Assembly: GCA_963714015.1 (NCBI GenBank)
Contig: OY970223.1
Coordinates: 1,728,001 to 1,792,000, forward strand
Reading direction: 5' to 3'
Length of the DNA stretch: 64,000 nucleotides
DNA from: Vulcanimicrobiota bacterium
GTDB lineage: Bacteria > Vulcanimicrobiota > Vulcanimicrobiia > Vulcanimicrobiales > Vulcanimicrobiaceae
Position numbers and translations under genes: made by a program. Numbering within the stretch: the stretch's first letter is position 1; each line of letters opens with the position of its first letter. Positions 16,303 through 26,423 of the stretch are shown piece by piece. The notes beneath the pieces were generated by a model. It saw nothing but the letters and a program-made list of their open reading frames with translations, searched no databases and was not told the DNA's origin.

Positions 16303-18199
16303 GTGGACGTCTCGCGCCGGTCATGCGGGGCCGCGCGGCGTAGTGACCCCTTGTACGAAGCGTGGCTGGAGCGTAATGCTTATGCTACGGCTCTCATTTA
16401 CAGCGGGCTCATCGCCCTTTTGCTGCCGGCCTTTCATTATATATTGCGCGCGCTGCCCGGCGTGCCGCCCGACGACATGGGCATTCGGCTTTTCTGCTCC
16501 GGATTTTGCGCGCTTGTCGCCGGTACGCTGTATTTTTGTCCTGCGTCGCGCCGGTATTCCGAACTTCTCCAGTTTGCGCAAGTCGTCATCGCGATTGTCG
16601 TGGTAGACATACTGATCGTCAGCAGCGGCGATCATTACCTGTACATCGCATCCGGCCTCTTGGTGTTGATCGGAGCGCAGAACGCATTCTATCGTTCGAC
16701 AAGTTTGGCGCTGGCGTTGGTGCTCGGGTTCGGTTTCATGGCGTGGTTTTCGGCCTTCCGCGGGATGCTGTGGCAGCCGTACAACTTGGTGACGCTGGCC
16801 ATCTTTGCGAGCGGATACGTCTTGGCATTCTTTCCGGCCTCTCTGCGCATTCGTATTCAGCAAAGCGAGATCCGCGGCCGCTTGAAAGCGAAAGAGACCC
16901 AAATCGAACTGGCACATCTGGCGGGATACGACACGCTGACGGGACTGCCAAACCGCGTGACGCTGCAAAAGAGTTTGACGGAAACGCTCGAACGAGCGCA
17001 CGAAATCGGAAGAATGTGTGCGGTGCTCTTCCTCGACCTCAATCGCTTCAAAGATATCAACGACACGCTGGGGCACGCCGTCGGCGACATGCTGTTACAT
17101 GAGGTCGGGCATCGCGTGCGCTCGCTGCTGCCGGAGAATGCTATGCTTGCGCGGTGGGGCGGCGACGAATTCGTCGCAGTATTGCCGCAGGTCGCAGGCG
17201 CCGACGAAGTCGAGGGCATTTCGCGCGGCTTGGTTCACGGTATCGCCGCGCCGTTTTATGTGGAATCCTTCGAGTTTTCCGTGGCGGCGAGCGTCGGCGT
17301 CGCGCTCTATCCTCAGGACGGCGCCGAAGCCGGAATTTTGATCCGCAGCGCCGACACGGCGATGTTCCACGCGAAGGAGCACGCCGGCAACGGCTTCGCA
17401 TTTTTCACGCAGCGGATGCACGCGGTCGCCGCACAGCGGCACAACGTTCAAAACGAACTTCAGAAGGCGATCGCTGCCGAGAGTTTCGTTCTGCATTACC
17501 AGCCGATCGTGCAGGCGGCGAGCGGGCGAATCGCCGGTGCGGAAGCGCTGCTGCGCTGGATAGACGGGGAAGGGCGAACCCGGCCGCCTCACGAGTTCAT
17601 TCCGCTCGCCGAAGACACGGGCGCGATCGTTCAGATAGGAGCTTGGGCCCTTCGTCAGGCATGCCGCCACGCCGCGCAGTTGCAAAACGGAGGCTCACCG
17701 ATGGCAATATCCGTCAACATCTCGCCATGCCAGCTTCGCCACCCTGATTTCTTGCAACTCCTTGCGGACGTCGTGCGCGAGAGCGGTGTAAAACCGGCGC
17801 TATTGGAGATCGGAGATCACCGAGTCCGCCCTGATGGTAAATACTGAGACAATCGTCAAAAAGCTGGAGCAGATCAAACGCATGGGAATCCGGATTGCCG
17901 TAGACGATTTCGGAACGGGATATAGCGCTTTTTCGTATCTGAAGAATCTGCCGCTGGACACCCTCAAGATCGACCGCACCTTCGTGAACGGGATCGAACG
18001 CGAAATCGACCGCGCCATCGCGGATTCCATCGTGACGATTGCACACAAGTTGGGGCTTTCGGTAACGGCAGAAGGAGTTGAAACGCAGCACCAGCGTGAC
18101 GTGCTGGTGCAACTTGGCTGCGACCGGCTGCAGGGATTTCATTATTGCCGGCCTGTTCCTATCGACAAGTTCAGATCGAGCATCGCGGCCGCGTCATAA
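16303..18199 (+). CDS. Membrane-bound GGDEF-EAL protein, frameshifted at about 17812
   Basis: Several N-terminal TM helices, YDTLTGLPNR, RWGGDEF, AEALLRW. Removing one G in gagatcGgagatcacc restores LEIEITES and joins ORF 17834..18199 (DDFGTGYS, LKIDRTF, AEGVET, LQG). Confidence 0.9.
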
Positions 18200-18237
18200 C
18201 CGCAGTTCGCTGCCGGCAAATCAGAAAGCGGCCTGCA

Positions 18238-18270
18238 ATGACAATACCGGCCCGGGGCCGGTATCGTCAT
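18238..18270. terminator. Hairpin between convergent genes
   Basis: ATGACaATACCGGCC / GGCCGGTATcGTCAT, 15-bp stem with one mismatch and no clear U-tract. Confidence 0.55.
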
Positions 18271-18287
18271 ACGCCTGATTCGGAAGG

Positions 18288-18845
18288 CTAGGGTGCCGGC
18301 GTTGCTTGAGGGCCGGGAGTTGCCTTTGCAAACACCTTGATGACGTCGCGCATCGACGGATTATCGGGGTAGTGGAAAGCGCAGCCGACGTAATAGATGC
18401 CGGGCCTCGAGAGCTTGACCTTTACGGAATGCCCCGGTGCGAGCACGCCGCTGGCGTATCCACTTTGCAGTGGACCTCCGCTAGCTTTGGTTGTGAGCAC
18501 GGGGTTCTTGGGGAAGTTGGTGGTGCTCAGCACGTTGAGGGTGTGTGAGATTGCCGAGGAGATGTTCATGAGCGTGATGGTCAAACCCGGTTTGAACGCG
18601 ATGACCTGCGATCGCGTCGTTTGCGTGTATCCGCCGACGAGACCAAACTTCGCATCCTTAACGGTGCCGACGCCTTCGCCGGGCAACTCGAATCCGATTG
18701 TATTGGGACCGACTGCGAACGCGAGCTCGGCCTGATGAGTCGACTGCAACAGCTGCGCCGGCGCGTTCGGAACGGCCGCTGTGTGCTGGCCGCACGCTGC
18801 GAGCGCGACGGCGAGGGCAAAAGAAAGCGGAACGAACTTCTTCAT
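18288..18845 (-). CDS. Cupredoxin-fold (type 1 copper) lipoprotein
   Basis: Lipobox LAAC; SHT plus PGIYYVGCAFHYPDNPSM supply His/Cys/His/Met ligands; GGAGG RBS. Confidence 0.75.
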   Translation of the reverse strand: MKKFVPLSFALAVALAACGQHTAAVPNAPAQLLQSTHQAELAFAVGPNTIGFELPGEGVGTVKDAKFGLVGGYTQTTRSQVIAFKPGLTITLMNISSAISHTLNVLSTTNFPKNPVLTTKASGGPLQSGYASGVLAPGHSVKVKLSRPGIYYVGCAFHYPDNPSMRDVIKVFAKATPGPQATPAP

Positions 18846-19015
18846 GTGAAGCCTCCTGGAAGAGCATTACATGTTGCAAGATGCCGACAAAGGATGAAGA
18901 TTCTCTGAAGCACGGCCCTGCGCCCGAACGCAACCCCGCTCCGGCGGAGTGGTTCAGGAATTGCGGAGCAAGAAGCAGATGGCCGGCGCGCAGGCAAACG
19001 GATAGACTGGGTCCC

Positions 19016-20101
19016 ATGGTGACTGAGAAAATTCAAGAGTTTTATCGCGCCGTTGAGACACGCGATCCCCGCTACGACGGGCGCTTTTTCTACGGCGTGC
19101 GGACGACCGGCGTTTACTGCAGGCCCGTTTGCGGCAGCCGGACGCCGCTGGCCGAAAACGTTCAATTTTTCTCGTCCGCCGAGGCCGCCGAGCGGGCTTC
19201 CTACCGGCCATGCAAGCGTTGCAAGCCAAAGGAGTCGCACGCGCCGGTGGACGAGCGGTTCCTACGCGCGGCCCGGGAGATCGAGGGATCCGAAGAACCG
19301 CCGGCGCTGCACGAGCTGGCACGCATTGCCGGAATGAGCGAGTTTCATTTTCAACGGCGCTTCAAGGCTGCGCTCGGCGTATCTCCGCGCCAATATGCCG
19401 ACATGGTGAAACGGAACCGCTTACGGCGCGCTCTCCAAAGCGGCCACTCCGTTACGGGAGCGATCTTCGAGGCCGGTTTCGGTTCGCTTTCACAGGCGTA
19501 TGCCAAGGGCAGATCTCCACTCGGAATGACCGCCTCGCAATTCCGATCCCGCGGGACGAATGCGAGCGTCTCGTATGCCATTGTCGGCTCACCTATCGGC
19601 CGTATTTTGATCGCCGCTACAACGCGCGGAATCTGCCGCGTCGACATCGGCGAGAACGACGAGCTGCTCGAACGCAGGTTGTTCGAGGAGCTTTCTAATG
19701 CCCTGGTTCGCCGCGAAGACGAAGCGCTTGAATCGGCCGTTTCACTCATCGTCGCATACCTATCCGGAGCGGGGCCCTGGCCCGCTTTGCCCTTGGACGT
19801 GCGCGCCACGGCCTTTCAATCGCGGGTATGGGAAGCGCTGAGAGCGGTTAGGCCCGGCTCAAAAGTGACCTACTCCCAGCTGGCGCAAGCGATCGGCTCG
19901 CCGGGCGCCGCGCGCGCGGTAGCGAGCGCCTGTGCTGCAAATCCGGTTGCGCTGCTTATTCCGTGCCATCGCGTCATTCCCAAGTCCGGCGGCGCCGGCG
20001 CTTACCGCTGGAGTGTAGAACGCAAACGGCATCTGCTCGAATTGGAAAACGTCAAGCCGGTCATATCGAGCAGCGGCGCGACCGAAAGTGGCCCCGGGTG
20101 A
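19016..20101 (+). CDS. ada: Bifunctional Ada regulator / O6-methylguanine-DNA methyltransferase
   Basis: TTGVYCRPVC..RPCKRC zinc domain, AraC HTH (MSEFHFQRRFK), ATAFQSRVW and active site PCHR. Confidence 0.95.
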   Translation: MVTEKIQEFYRAVETRDPRYDGRFFYGVRTTGVYCRPVCGSRTPLAENVQFFSSAEAAERASYRPCKRCKPKESHAPVDERFLRAAREIEGSEEPPALHELARIAGMSEFHFQRRFKAALGVSPRQYADMVKRNRLRRALQSGHSVTGAIFEAGFGSLSQAYAKGRSPLGMTASQFRSRGTNASVSYAIVGSPIGRILIAATTRGICRVDIGENDELLERRLFEELSNALVRREDEALESAVSLIVAYLSGAGPWPALPLDVRATAFQSRVWEALRAVRPGSKVTYSQLAQAIGSPGAARAVASACAANPVALLIPCHRVIPKSGGAGAYRWSVERKRHLLELENVKPVISSSGATESGPG

Positions 20102-20799
20102 TCGAACCGCGCGCGCTCGATCTGAATTGGCCGGCTGTTGAGAGCGACTTGCTGCAGCACGGATACGCGCAACTGCCCGATCTTCTCGACCCCGCGCAAT
20201 GTGCGAGCTTATGTCCTCTCTTTGAAGAAGACGCGCTTTTTCGCTCTCGCGTGGTAATGGAGAAGCATGGCTTCGGGCAAGGCGAGTACAAGTATTTCAA
20301 ATATCCGCTTCCGCCGTTCGTGCAGCATTTGCGTTCGGATCTGTACCAAGGCCTCTCCCCGATCGCGAACCGCTGGAACGAGCGGCTAGGCCGTAAAGAG
20401 CGCTATCCCGCCACGCAGCAGCTGTTTCGTGAAATTTGCCTGGAAAACGAACAAAGCCGTCCCACAGCCCTGCTGCTGCGATATCGCACCGGGGATTACA
20501 ATTGCTTGCATGAGGACTTGTACGGAGAGATCGCCTTCCCGTTTCAGACGACTGTTTTTCTGACGCCTAGCGACGAATACGAAGGCGGCGAGTTCGTTCT
20601 GGTCGAGCAGCGGCCGCGTCGTCAAAGCCGGGCCATCGTGCTACGCCCGCAGGCCGGTGACGCGCTGATCTTTCCGAACCGCTATCGTCCGGTGGAAGGA
20701 CGCAACGGTTATTATCGCACCACGTTCCGTCACGGCGTGAGCGAAATACGCACGGGAGAGCGCTTAACGCTCGGCTTGATCTTCCACGATGCAAAGTAG
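20098..20799 (+). CDS. 2OG-Fe(II) oxygenase (DUF2086-type)
   Basis: FGQGEYKYF, YNCLHEDLYGE (HxD), GGEFVLVEQRPR, RHGVS, GLIFHDA; GTGA overlap with ada. Confidence 0.88.
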   Translation: MIEPRALDLNWPAVESDLLQHGYAQLPDLLDPAQCASLCPLFEEDALFRSRVVMEKHGFGQGEYKYFKYPLPPFVQHLRSDLYQGLSPIANRWNERLGRKERYPATQQLFREICLENEQSRPTALLLRYRTGDYNCLHEDLYGEIAFPFQTTVFLTPSDEYEGGEFVLVEQRPRRQSRAIVLRPQAGDALIFPNRYRPVEGRNGYYRTTFRHGVSEIRTGERLTLGLIFHDAK

Positions 20800-20811
20800 C
20801 AGCGGCGCAGG

Positions 20812-22204
20812 CTAAAGGCTAAATGCGGTCAAGTGCGCGTCTTCGTCCGAACAGAAGAGCCACCCGTTCAGCGCGATGGGACTCTCCCAATGCGTGGCGC
20901 CAATCGCGCCGCTCCAGAGCCGCCGGCCGGTTTCCGCGTCGAGGCCGGCGAGCGCGCCGCTCATCGCCACGAAAACCACGCCGTTGCTGACGATCGGCGA
21001 GGTTCCTTCGTTAGTCTGTCCGATATTCGCGGTCCACGCCTTGACCAGACGGCTGTTGCCTCGAGCGTCCGTTTGCAGGCGGAACGCGCGAACCCCATCC
21101 GGCAGGCCAAGAAAGATCCAAGTTCGGTTTTGAGGGTCGCTCCATACGGCGGGACTCGAGAAGAGCGCGGCGCCGATATCGATGCGCTGCAGTTCTCCGC
21201 CGACGTGCCCCAGATGCTGCCGATCGAGAAGACGGAGAATACCGTCCTTGCCGCCCTGGACGGCGAGCAACGGCGTGCGGCTGTTGCGCTCTCGCGGCAG
21301 AATTCCGGGGGACGAGCTCCCAAGATCGGTGTCGCCGTTCTCGAGTTGAGCGTAATTGCTCGGCGTGTAGTAATCGTCCAAGCGCGATGCATCGCGAGAG
21401 ATTGCCAGAACGGAGTCGCCGAAATCGTCACCGCCGCTGTCCGCGTCGAAGCGTCCATTACCGGTGGCCGCGTAAATCCGGCCGTGCATCGACGGATCCG
21501 GATCGACTGCGACGCCGCCGCGAGCCCAGATTCCTGAATCACTCTCACCGCAGGAATTCGCTATCGGCAGTACGTGCTTGCCGCTGCAAAGCGAATCGAA
21601 GACGCCCGTTAATCCGTCCGAAAGCCGAATCGCCACGACGTGTCCGTCGTAAGGCGGTGCATCACCGAAATACCCCGATGTCGCGGCATAAAGCTCGCCG
21701 TTAGCCACGTTGAGGCTCGAGGCATCCTTTTCGGTATTCGGCATCCGCGTGATGCGAACCGGGAATCCGCCGGAGCGATCCTCCGTTCCATTGGATGCAT
21801 CGAGCTTGTGAACGAATCCGTCCACTCCGCCGGCGTAGATCCACTTTCCGGACGGATCGGCGGCCGGCGTTGCGGTGGTGATGTTCGTTCCATGCGTTGC
21901 GAAGCGCCAGACGGTCTTGCCGTTTTGCGCGCGAATACCATACGTCGTGCCGTCATTCGCCGTGATGTAGAGCATTCCACGGACGAAAATCGGCGCTGAA
22001 TCCGCTATCGCGCCGAGCGAAATCTGCCAGCGCCGGTGCAGTCGCGTGACGCTCGCGACCGTGAACGAGCGTTCGCCGGCGAGAAATCCGGTGCGGGCAG
22101 GGTTGGCTCCGAACATCGGCCAGTCGGATGCGCCCGCGGGCGCGACGGCAAGGACTGCTAGAAACCAGAATGCAGCAGACTGCGCGAACCGCGAGTCCGT
22201 TCAC
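20812..22204 (-). CDS. Secreted PQQ-binding-like beta-propeller protein, frameshifted in the signal peptide
   Basis: DWPMFGANPARTG, SGIWARGG, ATGNG, DFGDSV, DTDLGS, SPIVSNGVVF. The frame upstream of 22116 encodes ..FLAVLAVAPAGA but has no start; GTG 22204, preceded by TACCAT-N6, is one base out of frame. Confidence 0.8.
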
Positions 22205-22221
22205 GCAAGTATGGTATCACA

Positions 22222-22986
22222 TTACGAGCAGCGGAGCGCAGAGCGCGGCGTCGCGGCCAGGCTCCAGACTTCCGGCGGCGAGTACATGCGCCAAAGCGCA
22301 AACTTCTCCCGAATTTTCGTCCACTTGGGATTTGAAGCAAGCGCAGCCAGGTATCCGCCATATTCCTCCTCGTTCTCAAAACAAGAAAACCAGGCGTATA
22401 CGTTCGCGTCGCTGCGGACCGGCAGTCGAGGGTACGTGTTCTCGCTGTGCTCCGTAACGAGAGTCGCGATAACTTGCGCGCCGGCCGACGAAAGCGTGGG
22501 TCTTATGGACTCCTGGAATGTTTGGTCAAAGCTTTGGGCATCGACCGATCCAAGCGAGTAAATCGAAGCGACCAACAATCCCGAGCGTTCGGCGTTCGCG
22601 CCGATTGCCGCCCGCGATCCGGAATCGACGGAAAATCCGGATCCGGCACGCGCCGGACGGAGTAAGAGCACGTTGTCGTTTTCAACGAGCATGGAGTTGG
22701 CGACGTCTTTATGCGCCTTCCAAATCGGTCCGTCATAGAATGCCGTCAGAGATGCCTTCCTTGCATCCATGTCTTGAAATCCGCGAATCCAAAAGAATCG
22801 ATTGGGGTCCTCGAGGACGCGGAACGTTCCGATAACGGCGATTCCGTTCGCTTCCTGGCCTTCGATGAAGTGTCGCTCAAAAAGATCGATGAACGCGGGG
22901 AATGAGCCGGGCGTGAGCGTGTATTGACGCACCTCGACGACGGGGTGGCATATACCGGCTGCCGGCTGACCGAATTTTGAGGTCAT
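22222..22986 (-). CDS. NIPSNAP family protein (two domains)
   Basis: VEVRQYTL..F..LFE..FIEGQE, FFWIRGF..M..R..LTAFYDGPIW, DNVLLLRP; ATGA overlap with the upstream gene. Confidence 0.85.
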   Translation of the reverse strand: MTSKFGQPAAGICHPVVEVRQYTLTPGSFPAFIDLFERHFIEGQEANGIAVIGTFRVLEDPNRFFWIRGFQDMDARKASLTAFYDGPIWKAHKDVANSMLVENDNVLLLRPARAGSGFSVDSGSRAAIGANAERSGLLVASIYSLGSVDAQSFDQTFQESIRPTLSSAGAQVIATLVTEHSENTYPRLPVRSDANVYAWFSCFENEEEYGGYLAALASNPKWTKIREKFALWRMYSPPEVWSLAATPRSALRCS

Positions 22987-23552
22987 TTGCCGAGGCGCGT
23001 GAAGTCCATGATCCAGTTGTCTTCCCAAGTCTTTCCGCCGTCGGGCGAAAAAGCTTGTACCCACCGGCATTTCGCTGATCCTTCATGCGTCCAACGATAC
23101 CGCACGACGATTGGGCGCCCGTTAAACTCTTCGCGATCGTAGAAAGAGCCGATGCCCTCTTCAAATTTCCCGGTAGTCGGAATGGAGAAGCCGCCGGAAC
23201 CTGCGGGACTCCAGTAGATGCTCCAGTCGCCGTTGTTCGTGTTATACAACCTGACGGCTACCGCGTGTATTGGCTTGGGGGCATCCGGAGCATCGTAACG
23301 TTCGATGTTGCCGAGCCCGCCCAAGATGGGCTCTTCGGAAGACGTTGCTTTGAATTGGTACCAATCATGCGAGCCGGCAAGTGGATGGCTGAGGCGCCGA
23401 TTCACAATGGACCAGCGGCCGAACAGGAAGTCAAAATCAAAACGGCCGTCAACGGCCGTTTTTTGAGCCATAATCTCGGGCATAGCAGAACTCCAGGGCG
23501 TTGCGATCGCGATCAAAAGAAACAGCGGCGCGAATATCCGTGCTGAGAACAT
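22983..23552 (-). CDS. DUF1579-like protein with a signal peptide
   Basis: DFDFLFGRW..NRRL, WSIYW, G.FEEGIGSFY, WVQAFSPDGGKTWEDNWIMDFTR. Confidence 0.8.
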   Translation of the reverse strand: MFSARIFAPLFLLIAIATPWSSAMPEIMAQKTAVDGRFDFDFLFGRWSIVNRRLSHPLAGSHDWYQFKATSSEEPILGGLGNIERYDAPDAPKPIHAVAVRLYNTNNGDWSIYWSPAGSGGFSIPTTGKFEEGIGSFYDREEFNGRPIVVRYRWTHEGSAKCRWVQAFSPDGGKTWEDNWIMDFTRLGK

Positions 23553-23711
23553 ATAACGGGATTATGCGGAAGCGGCGCCTCTTAGAAAAGTACCACCTTT
23601 GCCGTTTTGGACCAGACCACGTCGAATGCGGCCGTCTATTGCTCGAGCCGCGGACGAATGGACGGACCGATCGATTCAGGACAACCGCCCGTTCCGTCGA
23701 ATCGGGATTCG

Positions 23712-25154
23712 ATGCTCAGTCCGAAAAACGATCGTGGAATCCTCGTCGACCGCTCCTCCGATGTTCCGCTGCAGCGGCAGCTGGAGTCATCGTTGCGCGA
23801 AGCGATCCTCTCGGGGCGCATGCGCGCCGGTGATCGGATCCTTTCCAGCCGGGAAATGCAGATTCATCTCGGCGTCTCGCGCAACACCATCGTCAATGCT
23901 ATCGCTCAACTGAGCGCCGACGGCTATCTAGACTGCATTCAAGGCGTTGGGACGTTTGTGGCGCAGGTGTCGCACCTGAGTCCGCGATCGCGGCCGGCCG
24001 CTGAGTACCGTGACGAAACGCTGCTGCCGTCTCAGCGGGCGGCTCGCTCTCTGGGCGCGTCCGGATTCGCCTCTAATCTAACGGGTGCCGTGCCGTTTCG
24101 GCCCGGCATCCCGGACCTGGCTTTGTTTCCTGCAGCGATGTTTGGACGGTGCCTGCAGTTTAGCGCCTCGAGCCTTGGGTCCATAGACTATCCCGAGTCA
24201 AACGGTGACACTGGGCTGCGCGAGGCGATTGTCGAACGACTGCGTCAAACCCGCGGGATCGATTGCACGGTCGAACAAGTCTTGATCGCGGGAGGCGCGC
24301 AGACTGCGTTTGCCTTGATAGCGCACGTAATGCTCGAGCAAGGCGGCGCCGTAGTGACCGAAGAACCGGGCTACCCCAGCGCCCGGGCCGCCTTTCTGGC
24401 TGCCGGCGCACGAATTACTCCGGTAAAGGTCGATCGAGATGGTATCGACGTCTCCGCCCTCGCCGGTAGGGCGGGAACGCTCGTACACGTTACTCCGTCT
24501 CACCAATATCCCACGGGCGCAGTCCTCTCTCTCGAGCGGCGTTTTGCCCTGCTCGAGTGGGCGCGAAAACATGACGGCTGGATCGTCGAAGACGACTACG
24601 ATTCGGAATTCAAGTACAAGGAAAAGGCGCAACCGGCTCTATTCGGCCTGGGGAACGGCGGGCGCGTCATTTACGTCGGTACGTTTAGTAAGGCTCTTTC
24701 CCCAGCGCTGCGCGTCGCTTACGTCGTCGTTCCGCGATCGCTGCGTGGCGCATTCGAAGCGGAGCATACAGTCCTCGGCGGGCAACCCAGCACAATTATT
24801 CAGAAGGCACTCGCGAAGTTTATCGCCGACGGCCATTTTTCGCGTCACGTTACGAAAATGCGAAAGGTCTACGACGAACGCCGGCTGGCCGCTGCCGCTG
24901 AGTTTAGGCGAGCTTTTGGCGCCGCCGCGCAGGTATGGGACTCAAAGGCCGGCTTACACTTCGTCGTGCGTTTCTCCAAGGACGTTTCTGCCGGCGATTT
25001 GTCCGAGCGAGCCGAGCGGGCCGGGTACGTCATACCGGCTCTTTCGACGTATTGTATCGGGGAGTGCGATCTCAATGCGGTAATCGTCGGCTTCGCCGCG
25101 ACTTCTATTCAAGACGGAAAGCAGGCTATTCGCGATCTCGTTCGCCTGGCCTAA
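23712..25154 (+). CDS. MocR/GabR-type GntR regulator with a PLP-dependent aminotransferase domain
   Basis: GntR HTH (LSSRE..LGVSRNT..GVGTFV), FRPGIPD, TPSHQYPTG, IVEDDYDSEF, GTFSK. Start 23712 is inferred. Confidence 0.93.
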   Translation: MLSPKNDRGILVDRSSDVPLQRQLESSLREAILSGRMRAGDRILSSREMQIHLGVSRNTIVNAIAQLSADGYLDCIQGVGTFVAQVSHLSPRSRPAAEYRDETLLPSQRAARSLGASGFASNLTGAVPFRPGIPDLALFPAAMFGRCLQFSASSLGSIDYPESNGDTGLREAIVERLRQTRGIDCTVEQVLIAGGAQTAFALIAHVMLEQGGAVVTEEPGYPSARAAFLAAGARITPVKVDRDGIDVSALAGRAGTLVHVTPSHQYPTGAVLSLERRFALLEWARKHDGWIVEDDYDSEFKYKEKAQPALFGLGNGGRVIYVGTFSKALSPALRVAYVVVPRSLRGAFEAEHTVLGGQPSTIIQKALAKFIADGHFSRHVTKMRKVYDERRLAAAAEFRRAFGAAAQVWDSKAGLHFVVRFSKDVSAGDLSERAERAGYVIPALSTYCIGECDLNAVIVGFAATSIQDGKQAIRDLVRLA

Positions 25155-25693
25155 GAAACCAGTTCCGTCCTGAGCCGTTCGAGAAAGAGAACGGGCTTAT
25201 CACCGAAAGTCGTCGTCTTGAATATCCTATATCCACATTTTTCAACGACCGCAAGAGAGGCAGTGTTTTCGGGATTGATCAAGCAAACCGTCCGTCGATA
25301 CGGCAGGTTTTCATCGGCCCAAGAGATGACCGCCTCGACCGCTTCGGTAGCAAACCCTTTGCCGTGAAATGCGGTTGCGAGCGCGAACCCCAGTTCAGGG
25401 GCGTCTCTCATCGCCGGAGCAATGTCCCGTTTGAAATCTGCAAGACCAACCTCTCCGACGAACTCGCCGGCGTCCTTTGTTTCGATAACCCAATAGCCGA
25501 AGCCCAGAAGAGCCCAGTGCCCGACATAGGCCTCCAGCCTGGCCCAAGTCTGGGTTTCCGTCGAGGGCTTTCCTCCGATGTACCGGGTGACGACCGGATC
25601 CGACCACATCGCGACGCAAGCCTGCAGATCGTCGTAACGATGCTCGCGAAGCCGAAGGCGAGAAGTTTCGAGAACCGGCGCAGTTTTGGGCAT
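25151..25693 (-). CDS. GNAT N-acetyltransferase (RimJ/RimL family)
   Basis: LETSRLRLR, PELGFAL..HGKGFATEA, INPENTASLAVVEKCG. Confidence 0.92.
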   Translation of the reverse strand: MPKTAPVLETSRLRLREHRYDDLQACVAMWSDPVVTRYIGGKPSTETQTWARLEAYVGHWALLGFGYWVIETKDAGEFVGEVGLADFKRDIAPAMRDAPELGFALATAFHGKGFATEAVEAVISWADENLPYRRTVCLINPENTASLAVVEKCGYRIFKTTTFGDKPVLFLERLRTELVS

Positions 25694-25724
25694 TTTAGTT
25701 ACGAGGTATGCAGTGGTCTAGCGC

Positions 25725-26414
25725 TTAGAGCGCGCTTGCCGCGACCGTTTCGGCAACGAGCTGGCCGTCCAAAAGACCGACGGTGCGTTTCGCCTGCTTT
25801 GCAAAGCGGAAGTCATGCGTCACCATGACGATCGTGGAACCATACTCGTGCAATTCGGCCAGCAGTTCCATAACGGCTTCGCCGTTGCGCGTATCCAAGT
25901 TTCCGGTGGGTTCGTCGGCTAAAAGAATGGACGGATCGCCCGCGAGGGCGCGTGCAACCGCGACACGCTGCTGCTCGCCGCCCGAGAGCTGCATCGGATA
26001 GTGTTTGGCCCGGTGCGACATGTGCACGCGGTCGAGAACTTCCGCGACCCGCGAGCGCCGCTCGCCTTTGGTCATGCCGCGGTATACGAGCGGCAGTTCG
26101 ACGTTTTCGAAGATCGAGAGATCGCCGATAAGATTGAAGTTTTGAAAGATGAACCCGATTTCACGGTTTCTTATCGATGCCCGATCGCTCGAACTGAGCT
26201 GTTCCACGGCGCGGCCGTTCAGCCGGTACTTACCGGTCGTCGGCGTGTCCAGCAGACCCAATATCGAAAGGAGCGTCGACTTTCCGCAGCCCGAAGGCCC
26301 CTCGATGGCGACATATTCACCGCGATCGATGTCCAGCGTGATTGCGCGCAATGCTCGCGTCTCGACTTCTTCGGTGAAGTAACTTTTGCCGAGGTCTTGC
26401 AGTTCAACTAGCAT
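25725..26414 (-). CDS. ABC transporter ATP-binding protein (LolD/MacB-type)
   Basis: [42 protein letters not shown]. Confidence 0.95.
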   Translation of the reverse strand: MLVELQDLGKSYFTEEVETRALRAITLDIDRGEYVAIEGPSGCGKSTLLSILGLLDTPTTGKYRLNGRAVEQLSSSDRASIRNREIGFIFQNFNLIGDLSIFENVELPLVYRGMTKGERRSRVAEVLDRVHMSHRAKHYPMQLSGGEQQRVAVARALAGDPSILLADEPTGNLDTRNGEAVMELLAELHEYGSTIVMVTHDFRFAKQAKRTVGLLDGQLVAETVAASAL

Positions 26415-26423
26415 CGAGGTCTC

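Noticed and set aside
17805..17830. Programmed frameshift yielding a DGC-only versus a DGC-PDE product
   Set aside because: The break falls mid-EAL domain, has no slippery sequence, and matches the pattern of single-base errors elsewhere in the window.
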